From positions 2,782-66,781 of the IMG/VR virus record IMGVR_UViG_2933320104_000001: DNA of 64,000 bases; one strand, written 5' to 3'. Positions within the stretch are counted from its first letter, which is position 1; each line of letters begins with the position of its first letter. The position numbers were made by a program, and so were the translations under genes. This document shows positions 1-9,748 of the stretch, piece after piece. This stretch comes from a virus. Taxonomy: Duplodnaviria > Caudoviricetes. The notes beneath the pieces are model-generated. The model ran no database searches and had not been told where the DNA came from. It was given only the letters and a program-made list of their open reading frames with translations.

Positions 1-1
1 C

Positions 2-136
2 GACGGCACGCTGCCCGTGGAAGAGCGCAAGCGCCGCGCCACGTCCGCCCGGAAGGCGTACATGCAGGCCCTGGCTATGAAGAGCCGCAAGACACGCGAG
101 GCCAAGGCACGCAAGGCGGGGGAGGCGGCAGCGTGA
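2..136 (+). CDS. 3' end of small basic phage protein (partial)
   Basis: Frame 2 reads DGTLPVEERKRRATSARKAYMQALAMKSRK...AAA*; stop overlaps next GTG. Confidence 0.7.
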   Translation, partial: DGTLPVEERKRRATSARKAYMQALAMKSRKTREAKARKAGEAAA

Positions 137-972
137 ACGAGCTCGCCCTCATCGAGAGCCCGTCCCTGCGAGCACAGCACGCAGACCGCGTCGATGTCCT
201 CGACAAGGTCAAGGCGCTCAGCCTCCTGCCGGACGGTGTCCACGCTACGACCGACATGGTCGCCGGCTACTACGAGGTTTCGCCCGAAGCGGTGGACCAG
301 ATCGTGAAGCGGAACCGGCGCGAGCTGGAGAACAACGGCTACAAGGTGCTCGCTCGGGCCGAATTTGAGGGTGTCATCGGTGACACTCTCAAACTGTCCC
401 CTCAGGCCCGCCGGGTCGCGGTGTTCAACCGCAAGGCGATCCTCAACATCGGCCAGATCCTGACCGGCTCCGACGTCGCGAAGGACGTGCGCGCCTACCT
501 CCTCAACATCGAGGAAATCGCCACGCACGAGCAGCGGGCCGACGCCATGGACCGGGTGCACCTTGCTAAAGCTCGGATCGAGATGCTCGCCGCCGCCGAG
601 GGCTACCTCGACAGCGAGTGGATCCGGCTGAAGATGCGGATCCAGGCCGCGATCGGGCTGGGCGAAGAGCCGGAGATCGATCACGCCAACCTCCCTCTGT
701 ACGTGCCGGACTTCCTCAAGTCCAAGGGGCTCAACCAGGCGCGGATCAAGTCGGCGCAGTCCTGGTTCGGCCGCCGCGTGGTGAAGGTGGCGCAGGCCGA
801 AGGACGGACTCTGCCGGAGAAGCGAGCGGAGGACACCGCCTCTGGCTCCGTCCGCGAGACGTACGCCTGGACGCGCAAGGACCTGCCTCTGTTCGAGGAG
901 GTCTGGGACGTCTACTACGCCGCCGAGTACGCGCCCGAGCCCGACTACGCCCTGTTCGGAGGCGAGTCATGA
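133..972 (+). CDS. Phage antirepressor-like DNA-binding protein
   Basis: 279 aa; N-domain DVLDKVKALSLLPDG..TTDMVAGYYEV..RNRREL..GY; early position. Confidence 0.65.
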   Translation: MNELALIESPSLRAQHADRVDVLDKVKALSLLPDGVHATTDMVAGYYEVSPEAVDQIVKRNRRELENNGYKVLARAEFEGVIGDTLKLSPQARRVAVFNRKAILNIGQILTGSDVAKDVRAYLLNIEEIATHEQRADAMDRVHLAKARIEMLAAAEGYLDSEWIRLKMRIQAAIGLGEEPEIDHANLPLYVPDFLKSKGLNQARIKSAQSWFGRRVVKVAQAEGRTLPEKRAEDTASGSVRETYAWTRKDLPLFEEVWDVYYAAEYAPEPDYALFGGES

Positions 973-1085
973 CGCCGACGCAGCAGTTCGACGAGGCGGT
1001 GGCGGTCGGGTTCGCCGTTCGGTGCCTGCTGCTCGACATCGATGACGCGCTGGCCGAGGCCGCCGAGATGGCATCCACCCCCTGA
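969..1085 (+). CDS. Small hypothetical protein
   Basis: ATGA overlap with previous stop; 38 aa. Confidence 0.45.
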   Translation: MTPTQQFDEAVAVGFAVRCLLLDIDDALAEAAEMASTP

Positions 1086-1167
1086 CCGCAAGACGGCCCC
1101 CGCCCGGAGGCAACCGGACGAGGGCCCAGACCACCCGCTCAAGAGCTACGAGAAGAGAGCGAGAGTC

Positions 1168-1410
1168 ATGAACAAGAGTACGACGGTCGACCGGCTCGCC
1201 GGCGTCGCCGAGTTCCGGGTCACGTACACCTGCCTGGACTCCGAGGGCGACCAGGCACTGGGAGTGGAGCGCTGCGACGGGATCGCCGAGGCCCACCTGG
1301 AGTGCTCCCGCACCCTCGCCTACCAGGAGAGTCAGGGCCTGCCGGCGGACGCGCACATCGTGTGGCGTGTCGGCGGCGGCCCGTGGCAGGCGTGGGGCGG
1401 TGCCCGGTGA
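1168..1410 (+). CDS. Hypothetical protein
   Basis: ATG after purine-rich RBS; coupled to next gene. Confidence 0.6.
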   Translation: MNKSTTVDRLAGVAEFRVTYTCLDSEGDQALGVERCDGIAEAHLECSRTLAYQESQGLPADAHIVWRVGGGPWQAWGGAR

Positions 1411-1655
1411 TCAAGCTGACGCCCGAGGTGGCCGCGGACCTGATGGTGGGGGACTTGCTCCTCGACGACGGCCGCGAACTGCTGATCACCAAGCTCATCC
1501 CAGCCACCGCCGAGGAGGCGCTGGCAGCAGGTAAGCGCGAGGTGCAGTCGCTCATGTGGTGGCGCACCTACGACGCCACCGAGCCCGTGAAGGCCGCCCC
1601 CGGCAGGTTGAGGCTGGCCCGGATCGCCGAGCAAGACGGGCAGGTGTCGGCATGA
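1407..1655 (+). CDS. Hypothetical protein
   Basis: GTGA overlap; phage-like codon usage. Confidence 0.6.
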   Translation: MIKLTPEVAADLMVGDLLLDDGRELLITKLIPATAEEALAAGKREVQSLMWWRTYDATEPVKAAPGRLRLARIAEQDGQVSA

Positions 1656-2032
1656 TGACGCCCGAGACGATCCTGAACGCCACGGTCGGCGTGCTCGAGC
1701 GCCGCGGTCGGGTCACAGGGCGCTTCGAGACGCCAGACGGCGAGGTCGACCAACTGGGCGCACTCGCCATCGCGGCGGGAGAGCAGCCGCGGGTGTGGCT
1801 GTCGATCAGGATCCTCGACTACGAAGCCCTCGATCCGTGCCTCCGCTTGCTGGTGGATGCGGCGCGGATCCTGGCCGAGGTCGAGGCGCCGCTGTGCCGG
1901 CCGGAGGATCTGCCGCTGCACCGCCTGGTGATGTTGCTCGGCGATTCCAACGACGTCGCCACGGATGCCGAGGTGTTCGACTTCCTGGTCCGGGCCGCCG
2001 ATGCCGCGGCTGGCGTGGGAGCCGCCTCGTGA
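1652..2032 (+). CDS. DUF6197-like actinophage protein
   Basis: IL..T..VLERRG...G.F....G.VD.LGALAIAAG pattern; ATGA overlap. Confidence 0.55.
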   Translation: MMTPETILNATVGVLERRGRVTGRFETPDGEVDQLGALAIAAGEQPRVWLSIRILDYEALDPCLRLLVDAARILAEVEAPLCRPEDLPLHRLVMLLGDSNDVATDAEVFDFLVRAADAAAGVGAAS

Positions 2033-2364
2033 CGTCCGTGTCTGCCCACTGGCTGTCCGTGGGAGAAGCCGCGGCCCGGCTCAGACTGCCGGAGCAGGTG
2101 GTCCGCGAGCTCGCGATCACGCAGGCGGTGCGGTCCCGCAAGGCGCTCGACCACTGGGAGCTGTGGAGCGAAGCGGTCGATGCCCATGCCCACCGGATCA
2201 AGGCCGAGCCGGAGCTGGCCGCCCACAAGGGCGACGTCCTGGCCGACCATTCGCGCCTCCCGGTAGGGCAGGGCCCCGAGATCGGCAACGGAGCTGAGCG
2301 GGAGTTCCGCGACTCGCAGGGCGACTACGACGACACCCCCAACGACGAGGGAGACGACGACTGA
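2029..2364 (+). CDS. Excisionase/MerR-like HTH protein
   Basis: WLSVGEAAARLRLPEQVVREL, an HTH_17-like motif. Confidence 0.65.
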   Translation: MTSVSAHWLSVGEAAARLRLPEQVVRELAITQAVRSRKALDHWELWSEAVDAHAHRIKAEPELAAHKGDVLADHSRLPVGQGPEIGNGAEREFRDSQGDYDDTPNDEGDDD

Positions 2365-3158
2365 TGGGCTTCACTCGTGCGCAGGTTGACCAGCTCTTGC
2401 AGCCGATCAACACCAACCGCGTCTTGAAGGACGGCAAGGGCCACTCACATGTGTCCCAACAGGACGTCCTCGCGCACCTGATCCGCATCTTCGGGTTCGG
2501 CAACTTCGATACCGAGATCCTCAGCCTGGAGTGCGTCTTCGAGACGCCCCGCGTCAATGACCAGACGGGCAAGCAGACCGGTCGGTGGGACGTCTGCTAC
2601 AAGGCCACCTACCGGTTGATCGTCAAGGACGAGAACGGCGTCGAGGTCTGCCACTTCGAGGACGGTTCGACTGCCACCGCGCAGAACCAGACCCGCGGCG
2701 ATGCTCACGACCTGGCGATGAAGTCGGCCCTGTCGTTAGCAAAGAAGCGGGCCGCGATCCCGCTCGGCGACCAGTTCGGCCTGTCGCTCTACAACAAGGG
2801 GCAGACCAAGCCGCTGGTCATAGGCACGCTCGTGATGCCTGAGGGTGAGGCCGCCGGACACGACGTGCAGGAGGGCGTCGAGAAGCAGGTTTCGCTCGGC
2901 AACGACGAGATTGACCGCGACCTGGACGCTTCGTTGGCAGAGCCCGCGCAGCCCACGCCGCAGGTGAGCGTCGATGACGGCTGGGTGGATGCCTTCGGGA
3001 AGCGCGTGGCTGCTGCAACCGCCGACCAGATCGGCGGTCTGCGTCAGGAGGTGCTCGACAAGTTCAAGGCTCGCTCTCTCGACTCCGACACTGGCAACCG
3101 GCTGATGGAGGCCATCAAGCAGCGGCAGGCCGAGCTCAGCGGGCAGGAGGCGGCGTGA
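2364..3158 (+). CDS. Rad52/Rad22 (Sak)-family ssDNA-annealing recombinase
   Basis: SHVSQQDVLAHLIRIFGFGNF...AHDLAMKSALSLAKKRAAIPLGDQFGLSLY. Confidence 0.88.
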   Translation: MGFTRAQVDQLLQPINTNRVLKDGKGHSHVSQQDVLAHLIRIFGFGNFDTEILSLECVFETPRVNDQTGKQTGRWDVCYKATYRLIVKDENGVEVCHFEDGSTATAQNQTRGDAHDLAMKSALSLAKKRAAIPLGDQFGLSLYNKGQTKPLVIGTLVMPEGEAAGHDVQEGVEKQVSLGNDEIDRDLDASLAEPAQPTPQVSVDDGWVDAFGKRVAAATADQIGGLRQEVLDKFKARSLDSDTGNRLMEAIKQRQAELSGQEAA

Positions 3159-3748
3159 ACGCCAAGTCGCACGCCCTGAAGGTGGGCGCCGCCAAGGTGC
3201 TGGTGGACATCGTCACCGCCGGATACGAGCAGCTCCGCAAGGACGCCGAGAAGGAGTTCGCCGAGCTCCGCAAGGACGAGATCAAGGGCTTGGCGGTCAA
3301 GCTCCCCGACGGCACCGAACTCGGGTCGATCGCCATCTACGACGGGCCCCCGCACACGCAGGTCAATATGAAGACCGTTGCGGCGATCGTCGCCAACGAC
3401 GCGCCCGAAGAGTTCGTCGAGGAACTGTCGGACGACGCGCTGAAGGACGAGAACCTGCTGGCGTTCGTCCGTGACCAGCTCCCGCACCTGCTCGTCAAAC
3501 GGATCCGCCCCGACTACCTGAAGAAGCTGCTGAAGCGGATCGACGGCAACGGCTACCTGAAGGACGCCGCGGGCACCCGCATCAAGGTTGCGGACGTGAC
3601 CCGTGGAGAGCCGACTGGCAAGTTCGCGTTCACCGCCGGGCCGGGCGCCCAGGAGCTGGCGTGGAAGGCGTGGAGGTCCGGCGATCTGGAGCCCGTCCTG
3701 GGCGACCTGCTCCGCCCTGCCCTTGAGGCGGGTGACCCAGGTGAGTGA
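3155..3748 (+). CDS. Hypothetical phage protein
   Basis: 197-aa ORF coupled to Rad52 gene. Confidence 0.75.
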   Translation: MNAKSHALKVGAAKVLVDIVTAGYEQLRKDAEKEFAELRKDEIKGLAVKLPDGTELGSIAIYDGPPHTQVNMKTVAAIVANDAPEEFVEELSDDALKDENLLAFVRDQLPHLLVKRIRPDYLKKLLKRIDGNGYLKDAAGTRIKVADVTRGEPTGKFAFTAGPGAQELAWKAWRSGDLEPVLGDLLRPALEAGDPGE

Positions 3749-4115
3749 CCTGACCACACCGACCGGCATCGAGGACCGGCTGCGGCAGCTCGTCAACGAT
3801 CTGGCCAGCGCTCAGTTGACGCTGGCCAGGGTCCGGGACGTTGAGGTGGACGCCAAGCACACGTATGAGGCGGCTCGTCGCGCCGCGTTGTTCTCCGGCC
3901 AGTGCCCGAAGGTGACCCGCGGCGGTTACACGACGGCGGAGCGGGACGCCTGGGTGGACGGCCAGGTGGCCGTGCAGCGCCGCGCCTACGACCTGGCCGT
4001 GGCCAAGCGCGAGGCGGCGCAGGACCTGCTCCGGGTGGTACGCGACCAGGCGATGGTCGTGATGGCGCTCGCGAACTCTGTTCGTACCGCCTACCAGGTT
4101 GCGGGGCGAGGCTGA
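3741..4115 (+). CDS. Coiled-coil hypothetical protein
   Basis: GTG start overlapping previous stop; helical sequence. Confidence 0.7.
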   Translation: MSDLTTPTGIEDRLRQLVNDLASAQLTLARVRDVEVDAKHTYEAARRAALFSGQCPKVTRGGYTTAERDAWVDGQVAVQRRAYDLAVAKREAAQDLLRVVRDQAMVVMALANSVRTAYQVAGRG

Positions 4116-4774
4116 TGAAGCGCTCGCCGATGCCGCCGCGCAAGTCGCCGCTGACGGCGAAGAAGCCGATGAACCGCAGCAACGGGTTCAAGCAGGTCCT
4201 GAAGCCGTGGAAGGCGAAGAGCCGCCCGGAGACCGCGCCCAAGAATGCGATCGTCTACGCCAAGAACCGCAGCAAGGGCCTGTGTGAGATCGGGCTGGTC
4301 TGCTTCGGCAGTGCGCCGGCGACCGAGACGGCGCACCGCCGCGGCAAGGGGTCGGGCGGGGTCGGGCCGAAGAACACGACCGCCGGCACCGCGGCGAACC
4401 TGCTCCGTGGATGCCACGCCTGCCACGCGCACATCGACAACGCCCAGGTGGCTGACGCCGAACGGCTCGGGCTGAAACTGCGCCACGGTGTCGCCCGCCC
4501 GTCCGAGCTGCCGGTCCTGCACTACCGGCTCGGCTGGGTGCTGCTGGACGACGAAGGCGGCTACCGGGCCGCTCCCGCTGCCTCGCACGCCGGGGGAGTG
4601 CTGCTGCCGGTGATCGCCTGCACCTCGTGGGAGCTGATCAACCAGGACGGCGCCTTCATCGAGGCGATGGAGCGGTTCGGTCACGTCGACTGCCCGGGAT
4701 GGGCTCCGCCGCGGCCTGGCCCGTTCCTGTGCGGGTGCGGCTCGACGCCCTTCTACCTGGAAGAGGTGGCGTGA
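4115..4774 (+). CDS. HNH-like nuclease (MKRSP N-terminus)
   Basis: RSKGLCEI..C......AHRR...NLLRGCHACHAHID. Confidence 0.7.
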   Translation: MKRSPMPPRKSPLTAKKPMNRSNGFKQVLKPWKAKSRPETAPKNAIVYAKNRSKGLCEIGLVCFGSAPATETAHRRGKGSGGVGPKNTTAGTAANLLRGCHACHAHIDNAQVADAERLGLKLRHGVARPSELPVLHYRLGWVLLDDEGGYRAAPAASHAGGVLLPVIACTSWELINQDGAFIEAMERFGHVDCPGWAPPRPGPFLCGCGSTPFYLEEVA

Positions 4775-5163
4775 TGGCCGACATCTCCTGCCAGCACTGC
4801 CGAGCCGCCTACGCCTGGCCGGTTGGCGCGAAGGGCTCCCAGTCCGATGGCGCGCGGAGTGCCGGATGGGTCGTCTGGGAAGGGCTGACGCTTGGCGGCC
4901 AGCACGTCAAGCGCGTGTACTGCCCGGTCTGCCGCGGCGTGGCCGAGCCGACTCAGGCTGAGCTGTCGTGGGATGCGGTCTGCCAGACCTGCGACTGCCG
5001 AATGTCGGAGGAGTGGGGCGACGACGAGGAAGGGCCGTTCACCGAGAACGACGCCGACCAGTGGAAGGCCGACCACCGATGCGAGCCGTGGGTGGACAAG
5101 ATCCAGCCCGTACCGCCTGGCCGCGACCTGGCGCAGCCTGACCTTGCGCTGGTGGCGTCATGA
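4774..5163 (+). CDS. Cys-rich hypothetical protein
   Basis: Three CxxC pairs; coupled genes. Confidence 0.65.
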   Translation: MADISCQHCRAAYAWPVGAKGSQSDGARSAGWVVWEGLTLGGQHVKRVYCPVCRGVAEPTQAELSWDAVCQTCDCRMSEEWGDDEEGPFTENDADQWKADHRCEPWVDKIQPVPPGRDLAQPDLALVAS

Positions 5164-5381
5164 ACGGCGTCCAGGACATGCGCTTCTGCCCGTGGTGCTT
5201 CGAGCGGAAGCCGGCCGGCCACGACTGCCCGGCCGGCGCGGTCGGCTGCACCACACGCGAGCCCGACGACCTGCCCTGCGGCATTTGTCGCGGGTGCCAG
5301 CAGACCCAACTCGACGACTACGCCCGGCGCCGAGCCGAGTTCGAGCACGGCTCGCCGACCGATCTAGACCATCCCGCCTGA
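5160..5381 (+). CDS. Small Cys-rich hypothetical protein
   Basis: ATGA overlap; CPWC, CGICRGC. Confidence 0.6.
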   Translation: MNGVQDMRFCPWCFERKPAGHDCPAGAVGCTTREPDDLPCGICRGCQQTQLDDYARRRAEFEHGSPTDLDHPA

Positions 5382-5450
5382 CGTGTCGGTGGGTGACCTA
5401 TCGGGGGCACCCATCGGCCCGCCCACCTCATCTGACCCTTGGAGAACACC

Positions 5451-5906
5451 TTGACCACCACCCCCAACGTCCTGGACCGGCCCCTCTCCTACCGGAAGTC
5501 GGTCGTGGACCTCCTCAACAACACGTTCGACCCGCAGATCCAGAAGGCGAACGCCGACATCGCCGACTGGCAGGAGCAGATCAACCTCCTCCAGTCGAAG
5601 ATCGGCGACGCGAAGAAGTTCATCGCCGAGATCCGGCAGCTTCAGCAGCACACCAGCGACAACGCCGACCTGCCAACGGTTGCGCCGCTGCCTCCGCTGT
5701 CGGTGCTGTGCCGCTCGTGCAGCATGCCGATCGTCAAGACCGCTGACGGCGGGTGGGTTCACGCGGGCCGGGAGGTAGTCGAGCACGGCGAACGCTGCGA
5801 CCCGAAGAAGCAGTCCCCGGTCGCCGAACCCGCCAAGGGGCCTGCGCAGGCGTTCGGCGACTGGAACGGCGCGATCAACGAGGAGCGGACCGGAGGCACC
5901 TCATGA
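5451..5906 (+). CDS. Hypothetical protein (coiled coil plus CxxC)
   Basis: GGAG RBS then TTG start. Confidence 0.65.
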   Translation: MTTTPNVLDRPLSYRKSVVDLLNNTFDPQIQKANADIADWQEQINLLQSKIGDAKKFIAEIRQLQQHTSDNADLPTVAPLPPLSVLCRSCSMPIVKTADGGWVHAGREVVEHGERCDPKKQSPVAEPAKGPAQAFGDWNGAINEERTGGTS

Positions 5907-6121
5907 GCGGGTTACTGGCCCGCCACTCCGGACGCCACTGCCGTCACGGGTCGTTCACCGGCTGGTCCGGGCTGGCCCACCTGGTCGCCGCCGCTCAGCC
6001 CGTCCTGGATTTCACCCGCCGGCGTGTTTCCCACCCCGCCGTGATCCCGGTGGCCGACGAGCTGATCCCGTTCGGCCCCAACCCCCGATTCCACCCCTAC
6101 CCGAAGGAGACCGCGCGATGA
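5903..6121 (+). CDS. Hypothetical protein
   Basis: GGAGG RBS; ATGA overlaps at both ends. Confidence 0.5.
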   Translation: MSGLLARHSGRHCRHGSFTGWSGLAHLVAAAQPVLDFTRRRVSHPAVIPVADELIPFGPNPRFHPYPKETAR

Positions 6122-6690
6122 GCGCCGAGACTCCCGATGTCCGGGAGAAGAACCCGTACCAGCTCCGCCGTGAGGCTGTAGCCCGCGCCATCAAGGCGTG
6201 GCAGCAGGAAGAAGACGATGGCTCCGGCCACGAGGTGGATGCCGCCTCCGCGCTGGAGGACTGCCTCCTCGATGAGGGCCTGATCCTGATGCCGCGCTCC
6301 ACCGGGCACGGCAAGTGGCGGGTTCTCGTGGACGGCGAGCCGGCCCCGTATGTCGGCCAGAACCAGCCCAGCCACCCCATGGGCGCCGAAGAGGCGGCCG
6401 AGGTGTTCCTGACGCAGACCGCCGGCGACTACTACAACCAGCGCGAGGTTCTGATCCGGCCGGCGTCCAGCGCGGAGATGGTGACGTCGGCCGTCCTCGC
6501 AGACACCGCGGTCCGGGAGGAGCCGGTCAGGGTCGCGGCCGACACCTTCCTGGTGGAGGTCGAGGTCAACACGGGAGCGACCCTGCTGCGGCTGTTCGAC
6601 AAGGACGGCCGAGAGGTGATGGTCGGCCTCGACGACGAGGCGCGAGCCACCTTGTCGTCGATCCTCCGCGCGGACGGAGACGACGAATGA
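6118..6690 (+). CDS. Hypothetical protein
   Basis: AAGGAG RBS; 190 aa. Confidence 0.7.
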   Translation: MSAETPDVREKNPYQLRREAVARAIKAWQQEEDDGSGHEVDAASALEDCLLDEGLILMPRSTGHGKWRVLVDGEPAPYVGQNQPSHPMGAEEAAEVFLTQTAGDYYNQREVLIRPASSAEMVTSAVLADTAVREEPVRVAADTFLVEVEVNTGATLLRLFDKDGREVMVGLDDEARATLSSILRADGDDE

Positions 6691-7145
6691 GCGACATCAC
6701 CCCCGAGAAGGTCGTCGACACGCTGATCCTGCCCAATGCGTTCAGCAAGTACCTGGACGCGTGGGTGAGAACCCACAGCGAAGGCAACGTCGTCCATATC
6801 GAGGTCGCCCCCAACTTGGACGGCGAAGAGGACGCCCCGCGCCACTTCACAGCGGTCGTCGTAGAGGGCGAGCAGACCCCTATCGTGCTGGCCCGCCCGG
6901 ACGTGTCGTTCCTCGGGCTGGACTTCGAGGGCGGCGCGTTCGACGACGACGCCGACGGCTGGCAGGTCGTCGCCTACTCCAGCACCGCGAAGTGGCCATG
7001 CCCCGTCAAGGATGCGGACAGTGTCCTGTTCCGTGGCGCTCCGGGGCACATCTCGTTCACTGAGGCTCGCCGGTTCGCTGCTGCTCTGGTCGCCATTGCT
7101 GACGCCGCTGAGGCCGCTCAGGCAGAGACGGACGGTGCCCGATGA
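6687..7145 (+). CDS. Hypothetical protein
   Basis: ATGA overlap. Confidence 0.7.
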   Translation: MSDITPEKVVDTLILPNAFSKYLDAWVRTHSEGNVVHIEVAPNLDGEEDAPRHFTAVVVEGEQTPIVLARPDVSFLGLDFEGGAFDDDADGWQVVAYSSTAKWPCPVKDADSVLFRGAPGHISFTEARRFAAALVAIADAAEAAQAETDGAR

Positions 7146-7543
7146 AGCTCGAAGAGATCGCGCCCTACCCGAAGCGGGAAGAGGACGTCACCGCCGCCGT
7201 CATGGCCAAGCACCACACGGCGTTCGCGCTCATGCACCAGTCGATGCTCATCGACGGCCACATCAAGACCGACGACCGCGACCGATACAGGACATCGGTC
7301 AGCCACGTGGTCGCCTACTACGGGATCGCGCACCTGCTGCGCGAAATCCAGGGCCGGGCAGGCCGGGAGGCGGCCGACGCGGTCGCCCGCGATCTGTGGC
7401 TGGCGTGGGAGGACGGCGGCAGCATCGGCGAATGGCTGTGGGAGTGGGCTGTCGGCTACGGCATCGACCCTGAGGCTGTTCGCAAGGTCGCCGCCCAGCT
7501 GGCCGCTCAGGCAGAGCAGAGCGGCGGTGGATCGGATGGCTGA
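7142..7543 (+). CDS. Hypothetical protein
   Basis: ATGA overlap. Confidence 0.7.
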   Translation: MKLEEIAPYPKREEDVTAAVMAKHHTAFALMHQSMLIDGHIKTDDRDRYRTSVSHVVAYYGIAHLLREIQGRAGREAADAVARDLWLAWEDGGSIGEWLWEWAVGYGIDPEAVRKVAAQLAAQAEQSGGGSDG

Positions 7544-7952
7544 GCCGATGTCCGAGGCCCGCCTCACCGAGATCCGCGACCTCAACGTGGACTCCTGCTC
7601 AGCGGATGCGCCGTACAACCCGGACGTGTGGGCATTGGAGACGGCCCGCATGGAGCTCCTCGCCGAGGTGGATCACCTCAAGCGGCGTATCGCCGCTATA
7701 GGCCGCATGAACGAGGTGGCTGACGGCGACTGGCGGCGCGAGGTGGACCGCCTCAAGGCCGAGCGGGACTCCGTAGCCGAGTCCGCGAAGCACATGGGCT
7801 CCGCCCTGAGCGCGGTTGGCCTGGTGATTGAGCAGGCCATCCGTACCGCCGTGTCCTCCGGCGACCGCGCTGGAATGTCCGTGCTGATCGATTACATGTC
7901 GGACGCCGACATGCTGCCCGCCACTGCTGCCGGAGAGGCGGTGGGCGAGTGA
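7536..7952 (+). CDS. Ead/Ea22-like coiled-coil protein
   Basis: MSEARLTEIR...LLAEVDHLKRRIA pattern. Confidence 0.55.
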   Translation: MAEPMSEARLTEIRDLNVDSCSADAPYNPDVWALETARMELLAEVDHLKRRIAAIGRMNEVADGDWRREVDRLKAERDSVAESAKHMGSALSAVGLVIEQAIRTAVSSGDRAGMSVLIDYMSDADMLPATAAGEAVGE

Positions 7953-8233
7953 TGGCCGGCGTCTACGCCTTCCTCCTGGCCGCCGTCGCCGGAGCGGTCT
8001 GTGCCTGGCTGCTCTGGAGTCGTGACCGCCACCAGCAGGCACAGATCGCGGCGCTGACGGGCCAACTGGCCGCCGCTCTCGACGCCGCTCACACCAATGA
8101 GCAGGCGCGGCTCGAGGCCGAGCGGGAGAACGCCCAACTCAAGGCCGATCTCCTGGCCGTCACCGAGGAGAAGACGGCGCTTCGCCGCTGGCAGGAGCAG
8201 ATCATCACCGGGACGTCGGAGGTGGACTCGTGA
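7949..8233 (+). CDS. Membrane-anchored coiled-coil protein
   Basis: N-terminal hydrophobic helix. Confidence 0.65.
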   Translation: MMAGVYAFLLAAVAGAVCAWLLWSRDRHQQAQIAALTGQLAAALDAAHTNEQARLEAERENAQLKADLLAVTEEKTALRRWQEQIITGTSEVDS

Positions 8234-8496
8234 CCGCTTGGGGCCTCTTCATGGGCATCGCCCTGCTCGTGCTCTCCCTGCTGGGGTTCGTCGCGGTCAA
8301 GAGCTGGACCGAGACGGTGCGGCGCCGGCGTGCCGCTTGGCGTGAGGACGCCGACCTCCACGACCGCTACAGCCAGACCGCCGACGACGAGAACCCTGAC
8401 GCCGTCCTGGATGCCCTCCTGCGGGCGGATGGCCACCGCTGGCGGGCCACGGCTGATGACCTCCACGACGTGTTCCCCGAGGAGGACGACCGGTGA
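8230..8496 (+). CDS. Small membrane protein
   Basis: N-terminal TM segment; GGAGG RBS. Confidence 0.65.
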   Translation: MTAWGLFMGIALLVLSLLGFVAVKSWTETVRRRRAAWREDADLHDRYSQTADDENPDAVLDALLRADGHRWRATADDLHDVFPEEDDR

Positions 8497-9584
8497 TCAT
8501 CAACCTGTTTGCCGGCCCTGGCGGCATGGATCAGGGAGCCCGCATCCTCGGCCTTCAGCAGCGCATCGACGGCTACGACATCGATGCGGATGCGTGTGCC
8601 ACGGCGACCGCCGCGGGGTTCCGCCGTACCCGAGCCAGCGTGACCGACCTTCACCCCGACGATTTCCCCGCCACGACCGGGGCCCTGATCACGCCGCCGT
8701 GCCCTCCTTTCAGCCGTTCCGGGCTCGGCAACGGCATGAAGGACTTCCCTGCCATCAGTTCGGCGCTGACCTTGTTGGGCGACTACTTCGCAGGCATGAC
8801 CCGCGAGCGCGCCTACTTCGACGCGCTCGCCGAGCTGCACGACCCGCGGTCGGCGCTGGTGGTTGAGACGCTGCGGTTCGCGTTCCTGCTGCCGGACGTG
8901 CGGTGGGTGGTCGCTGAGCAGGTGCCCGGGGTGGCGCCGATCTGGCAGGAGATCGGCGCCGAACTGGCCATGGCCGCGGACTGGACCTATCTCGGCGTGA
9001 CCACCGTGGCCGCCGATGACTTGGGCGTGGCGAGCTGCCGCACCCGCACGTTCCTGGTGGCCACGCGCGACTCCGCCCCCGACCTGTCCGGGCTGCCCAT
9101 GCGGTCGCTGTGGACCACCGGAAGGTTCGCGCCGCCCATGGACGAACTGGTGCCCACCGTGGAGCCGTTTGCCGCCCCACCCACCATGGCGCAGACGCTC
9201 GGATGGCCTGCCGGCGAGCGCGTGAACACTCGCGGCAACCGGCGAACCTCCGGCGGCAATGAGTTCTCCGCGGACCGGGTGTCCTGGTGTCTGACGGAGA
9301 AGGCCCGCTCGTGGAAGCGCGTCTCGGACGGCGCCCAACTCACCGAAGCGCAGGCGGGTTTGCTGACTGGGTTCCCGATCGACTACCCGTGGCAGGGGTC
9401 GCGCTCCAAGCGGTTCCTCCAGGCCGCGGACGTGGTGTCTCCTCCGGTCGCCGCCGCGGTCCTCGGTTCGGCTCTCGGCCTCGATTGGAAGCCCGACGTC
9501 CGCGCGTACCTGGCCCGCCTCTACCCGGCCGCCGGGAAGCCGCTGGGCGCCTTCCAGCCGTCGCTGTTCGAGGCGGTCGCATGA
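8493..9584 (+). CDS. DNA (cytosine-5) methyltransferase, orphan
   Basis: Motif I LFAGPGG, motif IV PPCPPFS, motif VI EQV, motif VIII RTR. Confidence 0.88.
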   Translation: MIINLFAGPGGMDQGARILGLQQRIDGYDIDADACATATAAGFRRTRASVTDLHPDDFPATTGALITPPCPPFSRSGLGNGMKDFPAISSALTLLGDYFAGMTRERAYFDALAELHDPRSALVVETLRFAFLLPDVRWVVAEQVPGVAPIWQEIGAELAMAADWTYLGVTTVAADDLGVASCRTRTFLVATRDSAPDLSGLPMRSLWTTGRFAPPMDELVPTVEPFAAPPTMAQTLGWPAGERVNTRGNRRTSGGNEFSADRVSWCLTEKARSWKRVSDGAQLTEAQAGLLTGFPIDYPWQGSRSKRFLQAADVVSPPVAAAVLGSALGLDWKPDVRAYLARLYPAAGKPLGAFQPSLFEAVA

Positions 9585-9748
9585 GCCTCCCCAAGTGCTG
9601 CGAACAGTCCCTCGTCCGCGGCGAGCATCCCTCCCAGCACGCCCTGGTGTGCGAGCACCGACCGCCCACGCCCGCCGTGGAGCCGGTGACGGACGCCCTG
9701 TTCGAGATCCACCCGCCGACATCTCAGGAAAGCGGACCGCAGCTATGA
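9581..9748 (+). CDS. Small hypothetical protein
   Basis: ATGA overlaps at both ends. Confidence 0.45.
   Translation: MSLPKCCEQSLVRGEHPSQHALVCEHRPPTPAVEPVTDALFEIHPPTSQESGPQL

Noticed and set aside
5384-5418. Third TGTCGGTG promoter candidate
   Set aside because: Spacing to any TAnnnT/GAnnnT does not fit, the shared leader is absent, and the sequence is part of a simple hairpin
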